Origin: the human T2T-CHM13v2.0 reference genome, Homo sapiens
Reading direction: 5' to 3' (one strand)
Length of the DNA stretch: 64,000 nt
Assembly: GCF_009914755.1 (NCBI RefSeq)
Contig: NC_060925.1
The notes below the pieces were generated by a model. It made no database searches. It had not been told where the DNA came from and saw only the letters and a list, made by a program, of their open reading frames with translations. Positions 14,285-28,494 of this stretch are shown here, piece by piece. Position 1 is the first letter of the stretch; each line of letters begins with the position of its first letter. Made by a program: the position numbers and the translations under genes.

Positions 14285-14440
14285 TCAGGCAAGTGATTTT
14301 GCCTCCCTGAGCCTCAGTTTCCTCCACTGTAAAATGGAGATAATAAAGATGGTGCCTTCCATGAGAGAGATGCATTTAAGGCACTTAGAACAAGATTCAG
14401 ACACAACGCAAGTGCTTATTAAATGAGAGCTGTTACTATT
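14285..14440 (+). mobile_element. MIR SINE
   Basis: cctgagcctcagtttcctccactgtaaaatggagataataa core. Confidence 0.8.
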
Positions 14441-15637
14441 TCTGTTCCCTGTCTCGGGGACTGGCTGGGAGGCCTCATTCCAGGCCCAGGGGATCTGGCA
14501 GATCCCAGCCCAGGACTCCAGGAAGAGCAGGAAGGTGACAACAACCACATGGCTGCCAGTGGAGAGGCTTCTCTATGCTCTATGACCCACCCGGCCCTGC
14601 AGATAGAGAAGCCAGCAAGACCTGGGAGGTCCTGGCCCTCGTGAAGTTCACATTCTAGTAGCAAGAGGAAACAGACAGCTAACACATAAGCTCCTCAGTC
14701 CTGACCCACTGCCTCCTCCATGTATCACCGTCTGCCTTACTGCAAAGTTGATGTATCTGGCGTGCTCTCTCTCCAAACACCAGACTCCAAGCTTCCTGCG
14801 GGCACAGACTCAGACTTGCTCATGCTGCCTACCCAGCACCTGGTATAGTGCCTGGCACAGAGCAGGTGCTTCATAAATACTTGTTGAAGGAATGGATGGC
14901 TGCATGCAGGCAGGATGGCCTTGCAAGTCCTTCCTGGGGCATGGGATGGCCACACTCTGTGGCTTTCAGTCTCCTGACTCTGGGAGGCTCTTCCTTGCTG
15001 TAAAGTGGCAAGGCTGATCTATTCTCATTGCTCCTGGTCTGACTTTCAGCTGGGGCTGAAGTGCTTGACCAGATCCGCCTCCATGGCTGTAATTCCTCTC
15101 CCTGCCACCCAGCCTGCCCAGGGTGACAGAGGAGAGCCAGTGGCTTCCCTCTGCCTCTGCCTTCCCTCCAGCACTCTGAGTGGTAGACTCTGCCCTCTCC
15201 TCCCTGCATGCACCTCATAGCATTGGTGAATCCTGTGCCTGCCATTCTATGTGGAGTCTTGGTACCCAAAGGTGAATTCCCAAAAACAGACCTGGTTTCA
15301 ACCCACCATTTACCCACATGTGACCTTGGCCGAGCCCCTTCATCACTCTGAGCCTCGGTTTTCTCATCTAGATAATGAATAGTAGCAATTCCAATCCCAA
15401 AGGATTGGTGTGAGGGTTAAGTCTGGAGACAGTGTCCCATGGTGGTTGAAAACCTCACCTTTGAGTATGTTAGAGGGGTTTCAAAAACAGGTGTGGACAA
15501 TTCTTAGCTGCGTGACTTTGGGCAAGTGACAGTATTCTACTAAACATCAAGTTATTTCTATAGAATGGGATAATAGTAAAAATAATATTGAATCCATTAT
15601 TTTTCTGTGATGATTAAAAGAGGTAAGGCATGGAAAG

Positions 15638-16000
15638 TTTATTAGTCCATTCTCACGCTGCTATAAGGACATACCTGAGACTGGATAACTTATAAAGAAA
15701 AAGAGATTTAATGGACTCACAGTTCCACATGGCTGGGGAGGCCTCACAATCATGGCGGAAGGTGAAGGAGGAGCAAAGGCACATCTCACATGGCAGCAGG
15801 CAAGAGAGCTTGTGCAGGGGAACTGCCCTTAATAAAACCATCAGATCTCAGAGACTTATTCACTATCATGAGAACAGCACAAGGAAAACCCGCCCCCACG
15901 ATTCAATTACCTCCCACCAGGTCCCTCCCATGACACATGGGGATTATGGGAGCTACAGTTCAAGATGAGATTTGGGCAGGGACACAACCAAACTGTATCA
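15638..16000 (-). mobile_element. THE1-type MaLR solo LTR inserted in a MIR
   Basis: Full LTR (revcomp begins tgatacagtttggttgtgtccc); 5-bp TSD gaaag at 15633-15637 and 16001-16005. Confidence 0.9.
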
Positions 16001-18279
16001 GAAAGCATTTGGTACTGTGCTTGGCACATAAACAGTTTACGCCTGTTGGTTCTTCTTTGTCTCTTTGGCTGGGCATTTAGTAGGTGCAAAAATAACAGTA
16101 AATACTTCAACTTGCTCTCTTTAGAAGTCAAGGCTTTTGTTGTTGTTGTTGTTGTTATGAAGATGAATATTGGGAAGATTTGAATTTGCCAATTTCTGCT
16201 GACCTAGGAGGTTTACTGTCCTGGGTGTGGCTCTCCTTCTGTAATTGTCAAAAGAGCTCTTCTCGTCAAATGATTATCGACAAGAGCAGAATCCTGTCAA
16301 ACAGTGTTTAGAGTCCTTCCACACCTCTTATCTCACTGTGTCCTTCACTATCCCTATTTGACAGGAGAGAACATCAAAACCCAGAGAGGTTTGGCAAGTT
16401 GTCTGGGGTCACACAGCACATGGATACAACCAACACTTCCAGGCTCTTGTTAAGTGATCAGAGTGCCAGGCCACCAGCATCACCGTTATCACCATTACCA
16501 TCCCCTGTATGTGAATGGGATGTTAAGGTCTTTCAGCTATTTCCATAACTCCATCTCTCATGATCCTTTCAACAGCCCTGTGAGCTGTGCCGGACAGGAC
16601 CAATCACACGTTACTGCCGTTTTTCAAAGGGGAAAACCTGAGACTCAGAGGAGGCTCAGACAGGCCTAAGGTCACAAAGGGCCAGTGGCCTCATGACACC
16701 CAACCTGGTGCTGTGGCCTCCCACGATGGTGTCGGCCTGGCTTCCCTGTGTCCCCCACCTCCCACTCTTCAGCTTCTTTCCCACCCATCCACCCACTCCC
16801 AAACTCCACTCTGAGAGGCCTCAGCTGGGAGCATTGAAGGGCTGGGCCCCTTTTATGAGACCTCAGAAACTGCATTATGGGCCTGAGACCCCCAAACACT
16901 AACATGCAATGATTTTTTCCTTCTCTAGAGGAGCAGAAAAGATTCATAGCTTGCGACTATTGACTCTGCTTTTAACCAAGTTGCGTAGAAGCAACGAGTG
17001 TCACTTCTAGGAAGATGGATGATGTCTCTGAAGCAGGGGATGAGAGCCCAGAGGTTTGCGACTTCCCTGGTAAAAGTTTTTTCTTGTTTAGAAATCACTT
17101 TGGGGTTCGAAAAATATGGATCCATTGGAGAACGTGGTGAAGCTTGTCATGGCGAGTTTTCAGTGAATTAAAGGAGCCGGAATTTAATGTCATTCTGGCC
17201 GCGTCATTTCTTCCCCAAGGAGGGCAATATACGAGGTCAGACCAGCTCCCTACACTGGGAACGTGCACTTGATCAAGTCCCTGACCAGCTCTGAGCCCTG
17301 GAACCCACTAGGCTTTTCCGAGGATTAAACGAGTTGATGTAGACAAAGCACTTGAAACCCTGCCCAGCACATAGCAGGCTCAAGGTCAATGTAAACCATT
17401 TATTATTACTATTCAGAGTATTCCTAGGACACCAGGTGGAGGGGAGGAGCCGTGCAGATAATATAGTTATATTTGAGTTTGGTGGAGGGAATAAAAGGAG
17501 AACAAATCTCTCCTGTCTCTGTTTCTGTCTCTCAGTGTCCTGACCCTTGCATCCCAATTGCATTAAAAAAAAACAAAACAAAACAAAAAAAAAGAACAAC
17601 AACAACAAAAAGCAAAACAGTAAGAATAGCAACAACAACAAAAGCAGAGCTCAGCTCAGGGAGGGGCCTCCATGTCTGGGCAGGTTCTCAGACAGAAGCC
17701 AGGGAGAAAACAGCCCAGAGGTGAAGCAGCAGTGCCAACACCAATTTCACAAACCAGCTGTTTCACCGGCCGTGGAATGTCATGGGTCTCTGGACTCCGG
17801 GCTGGGAGCCCGTAGCTGGGGCCTGCAGTGCTGTGTTTAAACATCATGGGCTGTGATGGGCTTGTGTGCAGGGAGTGGAGGGTCTGGACACACTCAGGAA
17901 GTGTCATCTCTGAGCCTGGGGCACTCTATCTTGTCAGGAGAGACCTGAGCTGATGAGCCTTCCCCATTAGCTCCATCACCGGCTCCTCTGGCTTTGAGAG
18001 GGAGCGGCTGCATCTCCCCTCCAGGATCAAAGCCACCCCTCTCTTTCTTTCCTATTCCTGCCTTTTGTCTGCTCTTCTGTCTTGCCCAGAAATGATCTGC
18101 GGGAGAGCAGGGCTGTGTCAGGGAGTGGGGCTGAGGTGTCTACTCCAAGCTTTTGTGCTATCCAGACCCCTTCCTGCACACCCGCACCTGCTGCCAGGCT
18201 GGGACAACCTCCTTCTGGATCCAAGGGCTCTCAGCCGGAGGGCACAGGGCCATGACAACGTGTCATTAGAATGACTTTC

Positions 18280-18490
18280 AGAAAGTGCCTATTATGTGCC
18301 AGGCACCTACCTGCAGTGTCTCTTTCAATTCTCCCAGTAGCCTGCTGAGGAAGGTGTGATGATCCCACTGTAGAGATGAGAAAACTGAGGCTCAGAGAGA
18401 TAAAACAAATTGTCCCAAATCATAGTTTGAAAGAAACAGAGTCAGGATTTGAACCCAGCTATGTGTGATTCCATTCTTAACCACGACACT
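18280..18490 (-). mobile_element. MIR SINE
   Basis: gatgagaaaactgaggctcagagaga...ggatttgaacccag. Confidence 0.8.
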
Positions 18491-18513
18491 GCCACGTGCT
18501 TTATAAAATGGAA

Positions 18514-18690
18514 GGCGTGGCATGGTGGCACGCACCTGTAGTCCCAGCTACCTGGGAGGCTGAGGTGGGACAATCACTTGAGCTTAGGAGGCCAAGGCTG
18601 CAGTGAGCTATAAATGCACCACTGTACTTCAGCCTGGGCAACAGAGGGAGATCTTGTCTCTAAATAAATAAATTAGTTAAAATAAAATAA
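18514..18690 (+). mobile_element. AluJ/FRAM right monomer
   Basis: gcacctgtagtcccagctacctgggaggctgagg...(taaa)n tail. Confidence 0.85.
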
Positions 18691-19379
18691 GATGGGGAAT
18701 ACTGAACAAATTTAGTTTTATTTTTAGTTAAAAAGAAAATCCCTCCCACTTCCCTTTTTAAAACAGATTTCAAAGTTTCCCCACTCGTTAATTTATTTGA
18801 TCCTATGAGAAGGGCTGGGAAATTGCTTTCCCACTTTAGTGATGAGAAAGGTGAGGCCCAGAGAGGTGAAGTGGCCACCTGAGCCCCTGCTACTGGCTTC
18901 AAGGTGGTTGTGTCTCTGGGAGGAGCCATCAAGGTGCTCTGCCAGCAGAAGGAATGATTATCATAAACTCATTTCCCAAAGTATCATTCCCTTCCTTTCA
19001 GAGATTGGATTTCGGTCGTTAATAAGGGCAGCATTCCCCAGCCTTCCATCCCCACCTCCAGTTTCTGAGCTTCCTCCCTCTACAGCAATTTAACCAAGTT
19101 ATTCATTAACTGCTATGCACCCAGAAGGTATTTATGTCAACTGCGCATTTGGAAGTGTAGCAGCCTTTGAAGTGTGGGTAACAAGCTGATGACCTGCTTG
19201 GGGACCAGGTAGGATCTAGGAATCCTGCTTTGCCAGCCTCACCTTTCCGTGATCCTGAGTGTGCCAAAGATAATGGAAGCCTTGATAATGGAAGCCTCGT
19301 ATCAGGCAGGGGATTGTCAGATAGGACTATTGTCATTCCCTCACTTTTACCTTTCAGTGGTTCCCCATCTTCTAACCAG

Positions 19380-19612
19380 CTGCCTGCCTGCCTTTCTGCC
19401 TTCCTTCCTGCCTGCCTTCCTGCCTGCCTTCTTGCCTTCTTCCCTCCCTCCCACCTTCTTCCCTCCCTCCCTTCTTTCCTTTCTTCTTCTGTCCCTCCCT
19501 TCTTTTTTCTTCCACCCATCCAGCCGTTTATTCTTCCATCCATCCATCCATCCATCCATCCATCCATCCATCCATCCATCCATCCATTCATCCATCCATC
19601 TTCATTCATTCA
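19380..19612. repeat. Compound microsatellite (GCCT/CCTT)n-(TCCA)n
   Basis: Directly visible. Confidence 0.95.
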
Positions 19613-19713
19613 TTATTTAATTCATTTAATGACGGCCTACCTTATACTGCTCTAATTTTCCTGTTTGCCAAAGCACTTATCACCTTTTAAACACACCCAA
19701 ACAGTTATCTATC

Positions 19714-20420
<707 letters not shown>

Positions 20421-20460
<40 letters not shown>

Positions 20461-20472
20461 ATCTATCTATCA
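20421..20472. repeat. (TCTA)n tetranucleotide microsatellite
   Basis: Directly visible, abutting the LTR end. Confidence 0.95.
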
Positions 20473-21172
20473 TCATTACTTATTGTCATTCTCTCTTCAC
20501 CACCATTTTCCCTATCACACTAAAATAAAAGAGCCACAAGGGCAAGAATCTTGGTGTTATTTACTTGTGTTCTAAGTGCCATCCAGGAGGTACTTAATAA
20601 ATATTTGTTGAACGAGTAAATGAACACTACTATAATGTTGAAGAAGACACAAATTTATAGGAATTAAGATAAACTGGAGTCTTGAAAGCATATAAAGAAG
20701 TGCCATTGTCTATGCCCCTATAGATAATATTTCCTTCTATCTGCCTTTAATTCTTCTTATGAGGGAAAGTTTGAGATCACCCACCAGTAGGAAGAATTCA
20801 AGTTTTTTACCTGTCACCCTGAGTTCTCCAGTCCAACCCCTGCCATCCTCTCCTGTAATTCTGTAAAAGGTCCTCCACCCCACCTCACAGCTGGAGTTGG
20901 CTGCATGTTCCAAACACACTCTCAGGCATCTTTCCATACATCAGGCACTTTGCATGTTCTTTCTCCTTCAGGAGTCTCCTCCAATCCCTTGTCCATCTGG
21001 AAAACCTTCTGCCCACTATTTGAAACTGACTTCAGATTATACCTTCTTTGGGAAGTCTTCCCAGTCTTTGTTCTCCCCAGTTAGGGCAAAATTAGACTCA
21101 CACTTTCCCCCTCCTCTACTGAAGAGCATGACAGGTGGTGAATTTGCTTATTTCTGTCTGTCTTGCCCATGA

Positions 21173-21567
<395 letters not shown>

Positions 21568-22139
21568 AGAATCATTTCAATAATAACTATTTGTGGAATT
21601 ATTATAACGTTGGTGGTTACCTACTATGTGTCAGTGACTATTCTAAGCACTTTGACATCAATACTCATAGTAACTCTGTAATATAGGAACTGTGATTATC
21701 TCATTTTTATAGATGAGAAAACAGACACAGAGAGATTGTGGTCATTTATCCAAGGTTATACAGTTAATAAATGATGGAGCCAGAAACAGAACCTTGGCAA
21801 GCTGGCTTTACAGCCTTTAAGCTGAATGTCTTTGTGGTATTGGACCACTCTTTCCACATGTCTGGGTCTCAGTTTTCCCATCCGTACAATGAATTGTTAG
21901 GGTGAGGTAATGTTTAAGAATTCTTTCAATGAGAACTCTCTTTGGATTCTCTTCTATCCATTCTCTTCTATGGAGACTATGATGTCTCCATAGTTAGCAG
22001 CCTCCTGCTTGTAGAAATGTGGTTGGGACCCTACAGGGCTGAGGAGGAGAGTACCAACAAGTTCTTATTTCTAGGACAGTTTTGGTCTAGAAGCATAAAC
22101 AGGGGAATGGGTGATAGCTTGAATACGTCAGAGACTCTG

Positions 22140-22590
22140 GACTGTGTTAGATTATATTGTTTTCCCTCAATTCTTTCCATCTCTCCCTTGCCATGGCTTC
22201 TTGCCATGCATAGAATATACTTTCCCACTGACTTTGGACTTGGCCATGGGACTTGCTTTGGCCAGTGGAATGTGGGTGGAAGTAATTGTGTGCTAGTTCC
22301 AAGACAAGCTCTTCAGAGCCACGGCAAATTCCCAAAAGCATTCTTGATGCTCCATTCCCCACAGGAGAGCCTGAGCCTTGGGGCTTCCTAGAATCAAGAC
22401 ACATGGAGCAGACCTGGTCCCTTTGAAGGCTTAGAGTTCAGCCTGGCCCAACTTAATCCAGCCAAAATCAGCTGAACTGTATTTGACCTAGAAACCTGTG
22501 AATATGAAATACATATTTTGTGGTATGAGCCACTGAGACTTTGGGACTGTTTGTTATGTATCGTTAGTATAGAGGAAACCTGATCAGTAT
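22140..22590 (+). mobile_element. MLT1-type MaLR LTR
   Basis: ttggacttggccatgggacttgctttggccagtggaatgtggg...gccactgagactttgggactgtttgtta. Confidence 0.75.
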
Positions 22591-22774
22591 GTAGACTAAG
22601 CACCAGACCAGTGTGAGTGTAGCAACCTTGTTGAATTATATTGTTCATAGTCAGAATGAGATCTAACATTAGCAGTAACCCTTAAGCAAACAGAAAACAT
22701 TCAGACTTTTCTTCCTCTCTCAGTCCTTGCTAGGCAACATCTTAGGTATGACCTGACCAGACAATAGAATGACT

Positions 22775-23069
22775 TTTTTTTTTTTTTTTTGAGATGGAGT
22801 CTTACTCTGTTGCCTAGGCTGGAGTGCAGTGGTGCCATCTTGGCTTGCTGCAACCTCCGCATCCTGGGTTCAAGCGATTCTCATGCCTCAGCCTCCCGAG
22901 TAGTTGGGATTACAGGTGTGTGCCACACCTGCCTAATTTTTGTATTTTTAGTAGAGACAGGGTCTCACCATGTTGGCCAGGCTGGTCTTGAACTTCTGAC
23001 CTTAAGTGATCCACCCGCCTTGGCCTTCCAAAGTGCTGGGATTACAGATGTGAGCCACCACACCTGGCC
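22775..23069 (-). mobile_element. AluSx-like
   Basis: Full dimer; TSD tagaatgact. Confidence 0.92.
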
Positions 23070-23682
23070 TAGAATGACTCTTCTTGGTTCTATTACAGCC
23101 AATGAAGCTACATTTCCTCTGATAATCAAGCATGCCTCCAAAGGAAGTACTCAGGCACAGCCTTGTAGAATAAAAGGCTTGAGTGGGCAAAGCCCATTTC
23201 CTTGCCATTTGTCCTGTCCTCTCCATCACTTGGAAATACTTAATACAGAACCAGGACCTCCATGGTTTGATCCAGGGCATGGAAGAGTCTGTTTTGGATG
23301 ATTTGAAATGTTAAGCAGTGAAGGGAGATAGCTCAGGAAAAAGGTTGATGTGTCCCCTCTTTCTGCCCCCTGAATCTGTTATACGCGTGTGAGTGGTTTC
23401 AGTAGTATGCTGAGAGGAAGATGGAAATGGTGGGGAAGGAACTTGGAAAACTTCTATAATTTTGGAGCTCAGACAATCTTTATGAAAATCTCTCTTTCTG
23501 ATTCAGGCTTGGTTTGGGTATTACCCAACTCCCTTGATATAGCACATGCCAATAAAATCTTCTAAGATCTTGCCAGCCTGTTGTCTTTGTTCTCAGGACC
23601 TGACCCTGGGGCCCTGGGGCCATCGCTACCGTGGTGAATCGGTCCTAGTGTTCACCACTCACAGATACCATCTCACCAAACC

Positions 23683-24120
23683 TTGTATTCGGTTCCTACT
23701 GCTGCTTAAAACAACACACGTTCACTCTCCTACGATCTGGAGGTCAGAGGTCTGAGAGCAGTTTCACTGAACTAAAGTCAAGGTGTTGACAGGGCTGGTT
23801 CCTTCTGAAGGCTCTGAGGGAGAATTTGTTTCCTTGCCATTTCCAGCTTCCAGAAGCATCTGCAGTCCTTAGCTTTTAACCCCTTCCTCTCATCAGTGCA
23901 GCCTACCACTTTCATCATCACATCATCTACTACTGACTCGGAGCCTCCTGCCTCCTTCTTATAAGGCCTCTCGTGATTACATTGGGCCCGACCAGAGAAT
24001 CCAGGGCACTCCTTGTTTCAAGATCTGCAAAGTCCCTTTTACCATGCTAGGTAACGTAGTTACAGGCTCCAGGAATTAGAATGTGGATGTCTTTGGGAGG
24101 CTACTGTTCTGCCAATCAAA
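23683..24120 (-). mobile_element. MLT1-type MaLR LTR
   Basis: caaggtgttgacagggctggttccttctgaaggctctgagggagaatttgtttccttgcc...gattacattgggccc. Confidence 0.8.
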
Positions 24121-24505
24121 GACCCTGACATTCCTTCCAGGGTAGAGAACACAGGCATTATCACCCAGTTATTTCCATTTTATAGTTGAGGAAACTGCAG
24201 CCAGTAAGTTGTAAATCCAGGAACAGAACCCAGATCTCTGACTCGTACTTTTTAAGCTAGAGTTATTGTTAATATTTACTCTTAATAATTTAATTAATAG
24301 TAATGAATTAGATGAATTAGAATACTTTTAATTCATCAAATGTTTGCAATGTCCTCAGCCCTGTTCCAAGACCATTTACATATGTTATGCACTATTGTAG
24401 CTTTGATGTTACAGATGAGATAACTGAGGTTTAGGGAATTCGGGAAACTTGCTTGAGCCATTACGTGATAGAGCTAAGATTAGAATCCAGATCTTCTAAT
24501 ATGAC

Positions 24506-24963
24506 TGTGTAGTAGATGCTGTTGATGATGCTTCCAGGTCCCCTTTACCAGGCCAATGCACCCATCCCCAGCTGCTGGGAGTGCTGGCTGCTAACAGCTC
24601 ACAGGTGTCCTCTTCTCCTGAGAATTTCCCTCAGCCCCCAGAAGTCATTGCACCAGGAAATGCCTGGAAGATTACACCCTCCCTGCAGGGTAGCCCCAGG
24701 AAGTAGTAGCTGATTGATCCAGGGTATATACTGCTGATGCCCTTCACTCAAGGTGGGACAAGTCTTTGACATCACGCTGCAGAGCTCCTGTGGGATTAGG
24801 ATGAGGCTAGATTTCAGCTGACCCCACCTCTTTATTTTGCTTTTTCCCCTGCCCCCATCGTACTTTACTCACTCCTAACTTTCCTGAGAGTGCTCCTTCA
24901 ATCAATCGCTTACATGGGAATTTCCCTCTCAGGCTCTTCTTGTAGAAAACCTGACCTAAGACA
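24506..24963 (+). mobile_element. LTR16-like ERVL solo LTR
   Basis: tgt...atgcacccatccccagctgctggg...tcaatcaatcgcttacatggg...aacctgacctaagaca. Confidence 0.65.
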
Positions 24964-24967
24964 CCAT

Positions 24968-25612
24968 ATCAAGTAGGTTTGATCCTGAAAGCAGAACTAA
25001 TAGGAATGATAAAGAATAAAAAATTTGTTTTAGGGATTTGGCCTCCTGCAACCATGGGAACGAGTGAAACAGTCTATGTAAGGTTGTTGCTTCTGCATCT
25101 GGTGTTGATCCTGAAGTCAGCCAGCAGGCAACTGGGAAAAAAAAAAAGATGCTTGTGAAGTGGGGAAGACAATGACTCCTGCAAAGAACAAGCTAGAACT
25201 CACAGTGATGAGCTAGAACTTGTGTGTGTCTCTCACCACCCGCCAGCTTGCAACTCCCATGATGCAGGTGACCTGCAGAAGAAGCCAGCATGCTTCATCA
25301 TGGAGCTGCACGGCACCCAGCCCAGGACCCAGAGATGCTGGCTGAGATGTGGCAGGAACTGGGGTTGCTGTGGGCCCAGCTGCTGCCCCACCCCAACAAG
25401 TTGAGCCAGGAGATCGGCAACCATGTGTGAGAACCATGCCTGATCCTCCCCTGACTTCTAAATGCAACATGGCTGCTGCTTCACTTCACTTTGCCTTCCA
25501 AATTTCAAGCAAATTTATCTGCTGCCAACCTAACTCAGAAGGAGAAAGTTAAAGGTATTCTAAGAAATGTTATTTCCAGCTTAGTTAAATTGACCTTGCA
25601 CAAAACCACCGT
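24968..25612 (-). mobile_element. 3' LTR of a decayed ERV-L provirus (LTR41/LTR52/MLT2-like)
   Basis: Revcomp starts ggtggttttgtgcaaggtcaatttaactaagctggaa, preceded by PPT-like gacagggggtagcc. Confidence 0.6.
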
Positions 25613-28490
25613 AGGCTACCCCCTGTCAACATGGCACACCCACACGCTTCTTTTAACTATATTTAACTTCCAAATTAAGCATGCAAAAGCATGCTTCCTC
25701 CTAACATAATGCAACTGTCCCTTGTAAAACTGAAAACACGCTACACTAACCTTCTTTTCAAAATATGACACAAAGTCTCTTTTGTACCTCCTCTTTGGGT
25801 GAGGTTCATTCCTTTCCTAGCTGAGTCAAATTCCTTCTTAGACCTCTTATTTAAATTCTGAATGATAAGGTTAGCTATTGTTAACAAATCCTATGTTAGA
25901 TGGTAGGGGAATGAGAGAGGAGGAGAAGAAGTAATTAACATATGCACAAATATTTTCATATCAAAATAAGGAAGAAATACTCACTGTCTATTACTGTCCT
26001 CTTTTCTTCAACTGGTCATGTAGTTGTAGTTGGTATTTATAATTTCCTTCTTCTGCTGCCCATTTCTTATCCCATTTGCTCTCAGCAAGAACCTTGGCCT
26101 ATTATGGTTCCTTGCATGATTGAGTGACTCAAACCTTCCCTGTTTAAGGATCTAGGCTGTTAGCTGTCCTGAGTCTTATGGGTGGTTGTAGTTTTCATTG
26201 ATGTTATCACAGGGCATGCATATACTAACAGGTGCCTGTTGGGATATCTTCCATTCAAGGCATCTTCTTACTTATTTCCATTTTATAGTAATAACCTATA
26301 TTTCTCCTTGATATTCAGGATTAATCACTCCAGCTGGTATAGAGACCCCTTTCTATATCCATTGATTCACTGGCATGGGGATCCCAAAGTTTTCAGACAG
26401 CACTCCCAACTCCAGTTTAATGGGAGCAGTGTTATGTCCCCTGGTGAAGGCATTCCTTCTTTGGGAACTGAGACCTCTGGACCAACATGGGGACAGAAAG
26501 CAAATATTTAGCTAGTGGATTACATAGGATAATGGTGAGAAGAGACACTCCCATTTCCACCCCTCAAGTCCCAGACCCGGCAATTTTGGTCGTGGGATGA
26601 ATAGCACCATATCTTGTTTGCTGGTTTAAGAGAATAGACTGCATCTTGGAGGGTATTGCCCCAGCACTGCAAGGTGTTGCCACAAGGCTGGTGCCTTAAC
26701 TGAGTCTTCAAAGGGCCATTCCATCGTTCCACCAGGCCAGCTGCTTCAGAATGATGAGGAACATGGTAAGACTAGTGGACGACCTGAACGTGGGCCCCCT
26801 GGTGCCCATCCTTTGCTCTGAAGATTTCCTGAGTCAGAAGCAAAGCTATATGGCATGCTGATGGTGAATGAGGCATTCTGCAAGGTCACAGATGGTGGTT
26901 TTGGCAGAGGCCCTGTGGTCAGGGAAGGCAGATCCATGTCTGGGCAAGGATCTAGGTAAGTGAATGAGAATGAAGCATGGGGCTGTACTGTAGGGCCACA
27001 TTGGGAGTTCAGTGTTGGGCTCTGCTGTTGGTACTTGGGCATTGGCAGTGACTGTAGCCTAGTCAGCCTGGAAGAGTGAAAGTCCAGGTTGCTGAGTCCT
27101 TACATAGTTTCCATCCCCTTCCCTGTGGCCGTTTTGATCATTAGCCCATTGGATAATGATGGGGGCTGGGTCTTGGGAACTAAATGGATCATCTTGTCCA
27201 CCCAATTAATAAGATCCTCCTATACTGAGGTCACTCTTCTGTGAATATTTACATGGGACACACATACTATCACCTTGTCTACCAATTCAGAAAGTTCTAG
27301 CTGTATAGTTCTTCTCAAGACCTCCTTCACCAATTTTCCAATTATAGAAAATTATTTTGTGATAATTATTTTGTAGTAATAATAATAATTATTATTTTTA
27401 TAATTATTATTATATTATATATAGTATAATAATTATTTCTACAAAAGAATAATTAGGTAATAATTATTATTATTTCCAATTATGGCCCAAGGGCCTGACT
27501 ATTCAGCCAGACCACGAGCCATAGCCTATGAATCCACAGGCTGTGGCCGTTTCTCCCCACAGGCTAAATAAGCAATCAGGTTCACTGCTCAGTTATGCCC
27601 CTGGAGGATTGTCCGTCACCATTGTCCCAAAGTGCAGGCTGTGCTGTTGCAGTTGCCCTTCTGGGTAGCACCAGTATGTTGTGCAGAACTATGTGTCAGC
27701 CAGAATCAGTTGTGACCTTTCACAGTCCACTTATCTCAGGGCATGCCACATGGGTTATCGGTGTGGGTTGAGGGAGAGGAAGGATGCAGTCTGAAGAGTA
27801 GACGGGGCATGGGGAGTGTTTGCTCATACAACTGACTTGCGTCTTCATGGCCTGTTCGAACTGATATTGTATATGCCACTTCCATTTTATGATAAAATTG
27901 CTGTCGTGCGTGCCTGATTTTATGGTTTGGTTGGTTAGGCAAAATCCAGTCCATGACAGGCAGCTCAGAAGACACCATAACGAGTGGCTCATAGTCAAGC
28001 TTTCAATCTCTATTAATGCCCAGTAGCCTTCCAGACGTTGTTTCTCAGAAGGAGAATAATTATTTTCAGAGAATGTTGTACTTTCCCCCCAAATCATAAG
28101 GGCCTGTGCTGTGAGTCACCCAAAGGGGTCTGCCAAGGTCTCCGTACAGCATCCCTCTCAGCCACAGACTTTGTCTGCTGGTCACACAGCCCATGTGGCA
28201 GAGCAGCTTGCATGGCAGCCTGCACCTGTTGGGGGATGGATGCACAGGTCTTGCATGATAAATCCACTTCAGCATTCCAACACCCCCAAGCCTTTGGTTA
28301 CCTTTCTTTACAACCTATCAAGGAGATGCTGGCATTAGAACTTTACTTAGTGTAAGCCACCTCTGCATCCAGGTTTTAGTCAATCAACCAAGCAAATAGT
28401 TAGGGCCAGTCTGAGCTGCTTGAGCCAACACACTGGATCCAGAATCTCCGCTTAATGCATTCATGGCAATGAATTTGGCCTGACTGGACA
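25613..28490 (-). pseudogene. ERV-L internal region: dead pol (RT/RNase H, integrase) and dUTPase remnants
   Basis: Minus-strand peptides NYSPSEKQRLEGYWALIEIESLTMSH and IKWKWHI (RNase H region), ERWNGPLKTQLRHQ...LQDAVYSL (integrase), GMPSPGDITLLPLNW and AGVINPEYQGEI (dUTPase downstream of integrase, the ERV-L arrangement); many stops and frameshifts. Confidence 0.85.
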
Positions 28491-28494
28491 CCCT

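Noticed and set aside
19106-19655. MDGW/PSIH repeat ORFs (also near 8000 and 54000)
   Set aside because: Translations of (TCCA)n microsatellites.
26520-28097. Possible domesticated retroviral gene
   Set aside because: Fragmented by stops, frameshifts and an AT-rich insertion; no long intact frame.
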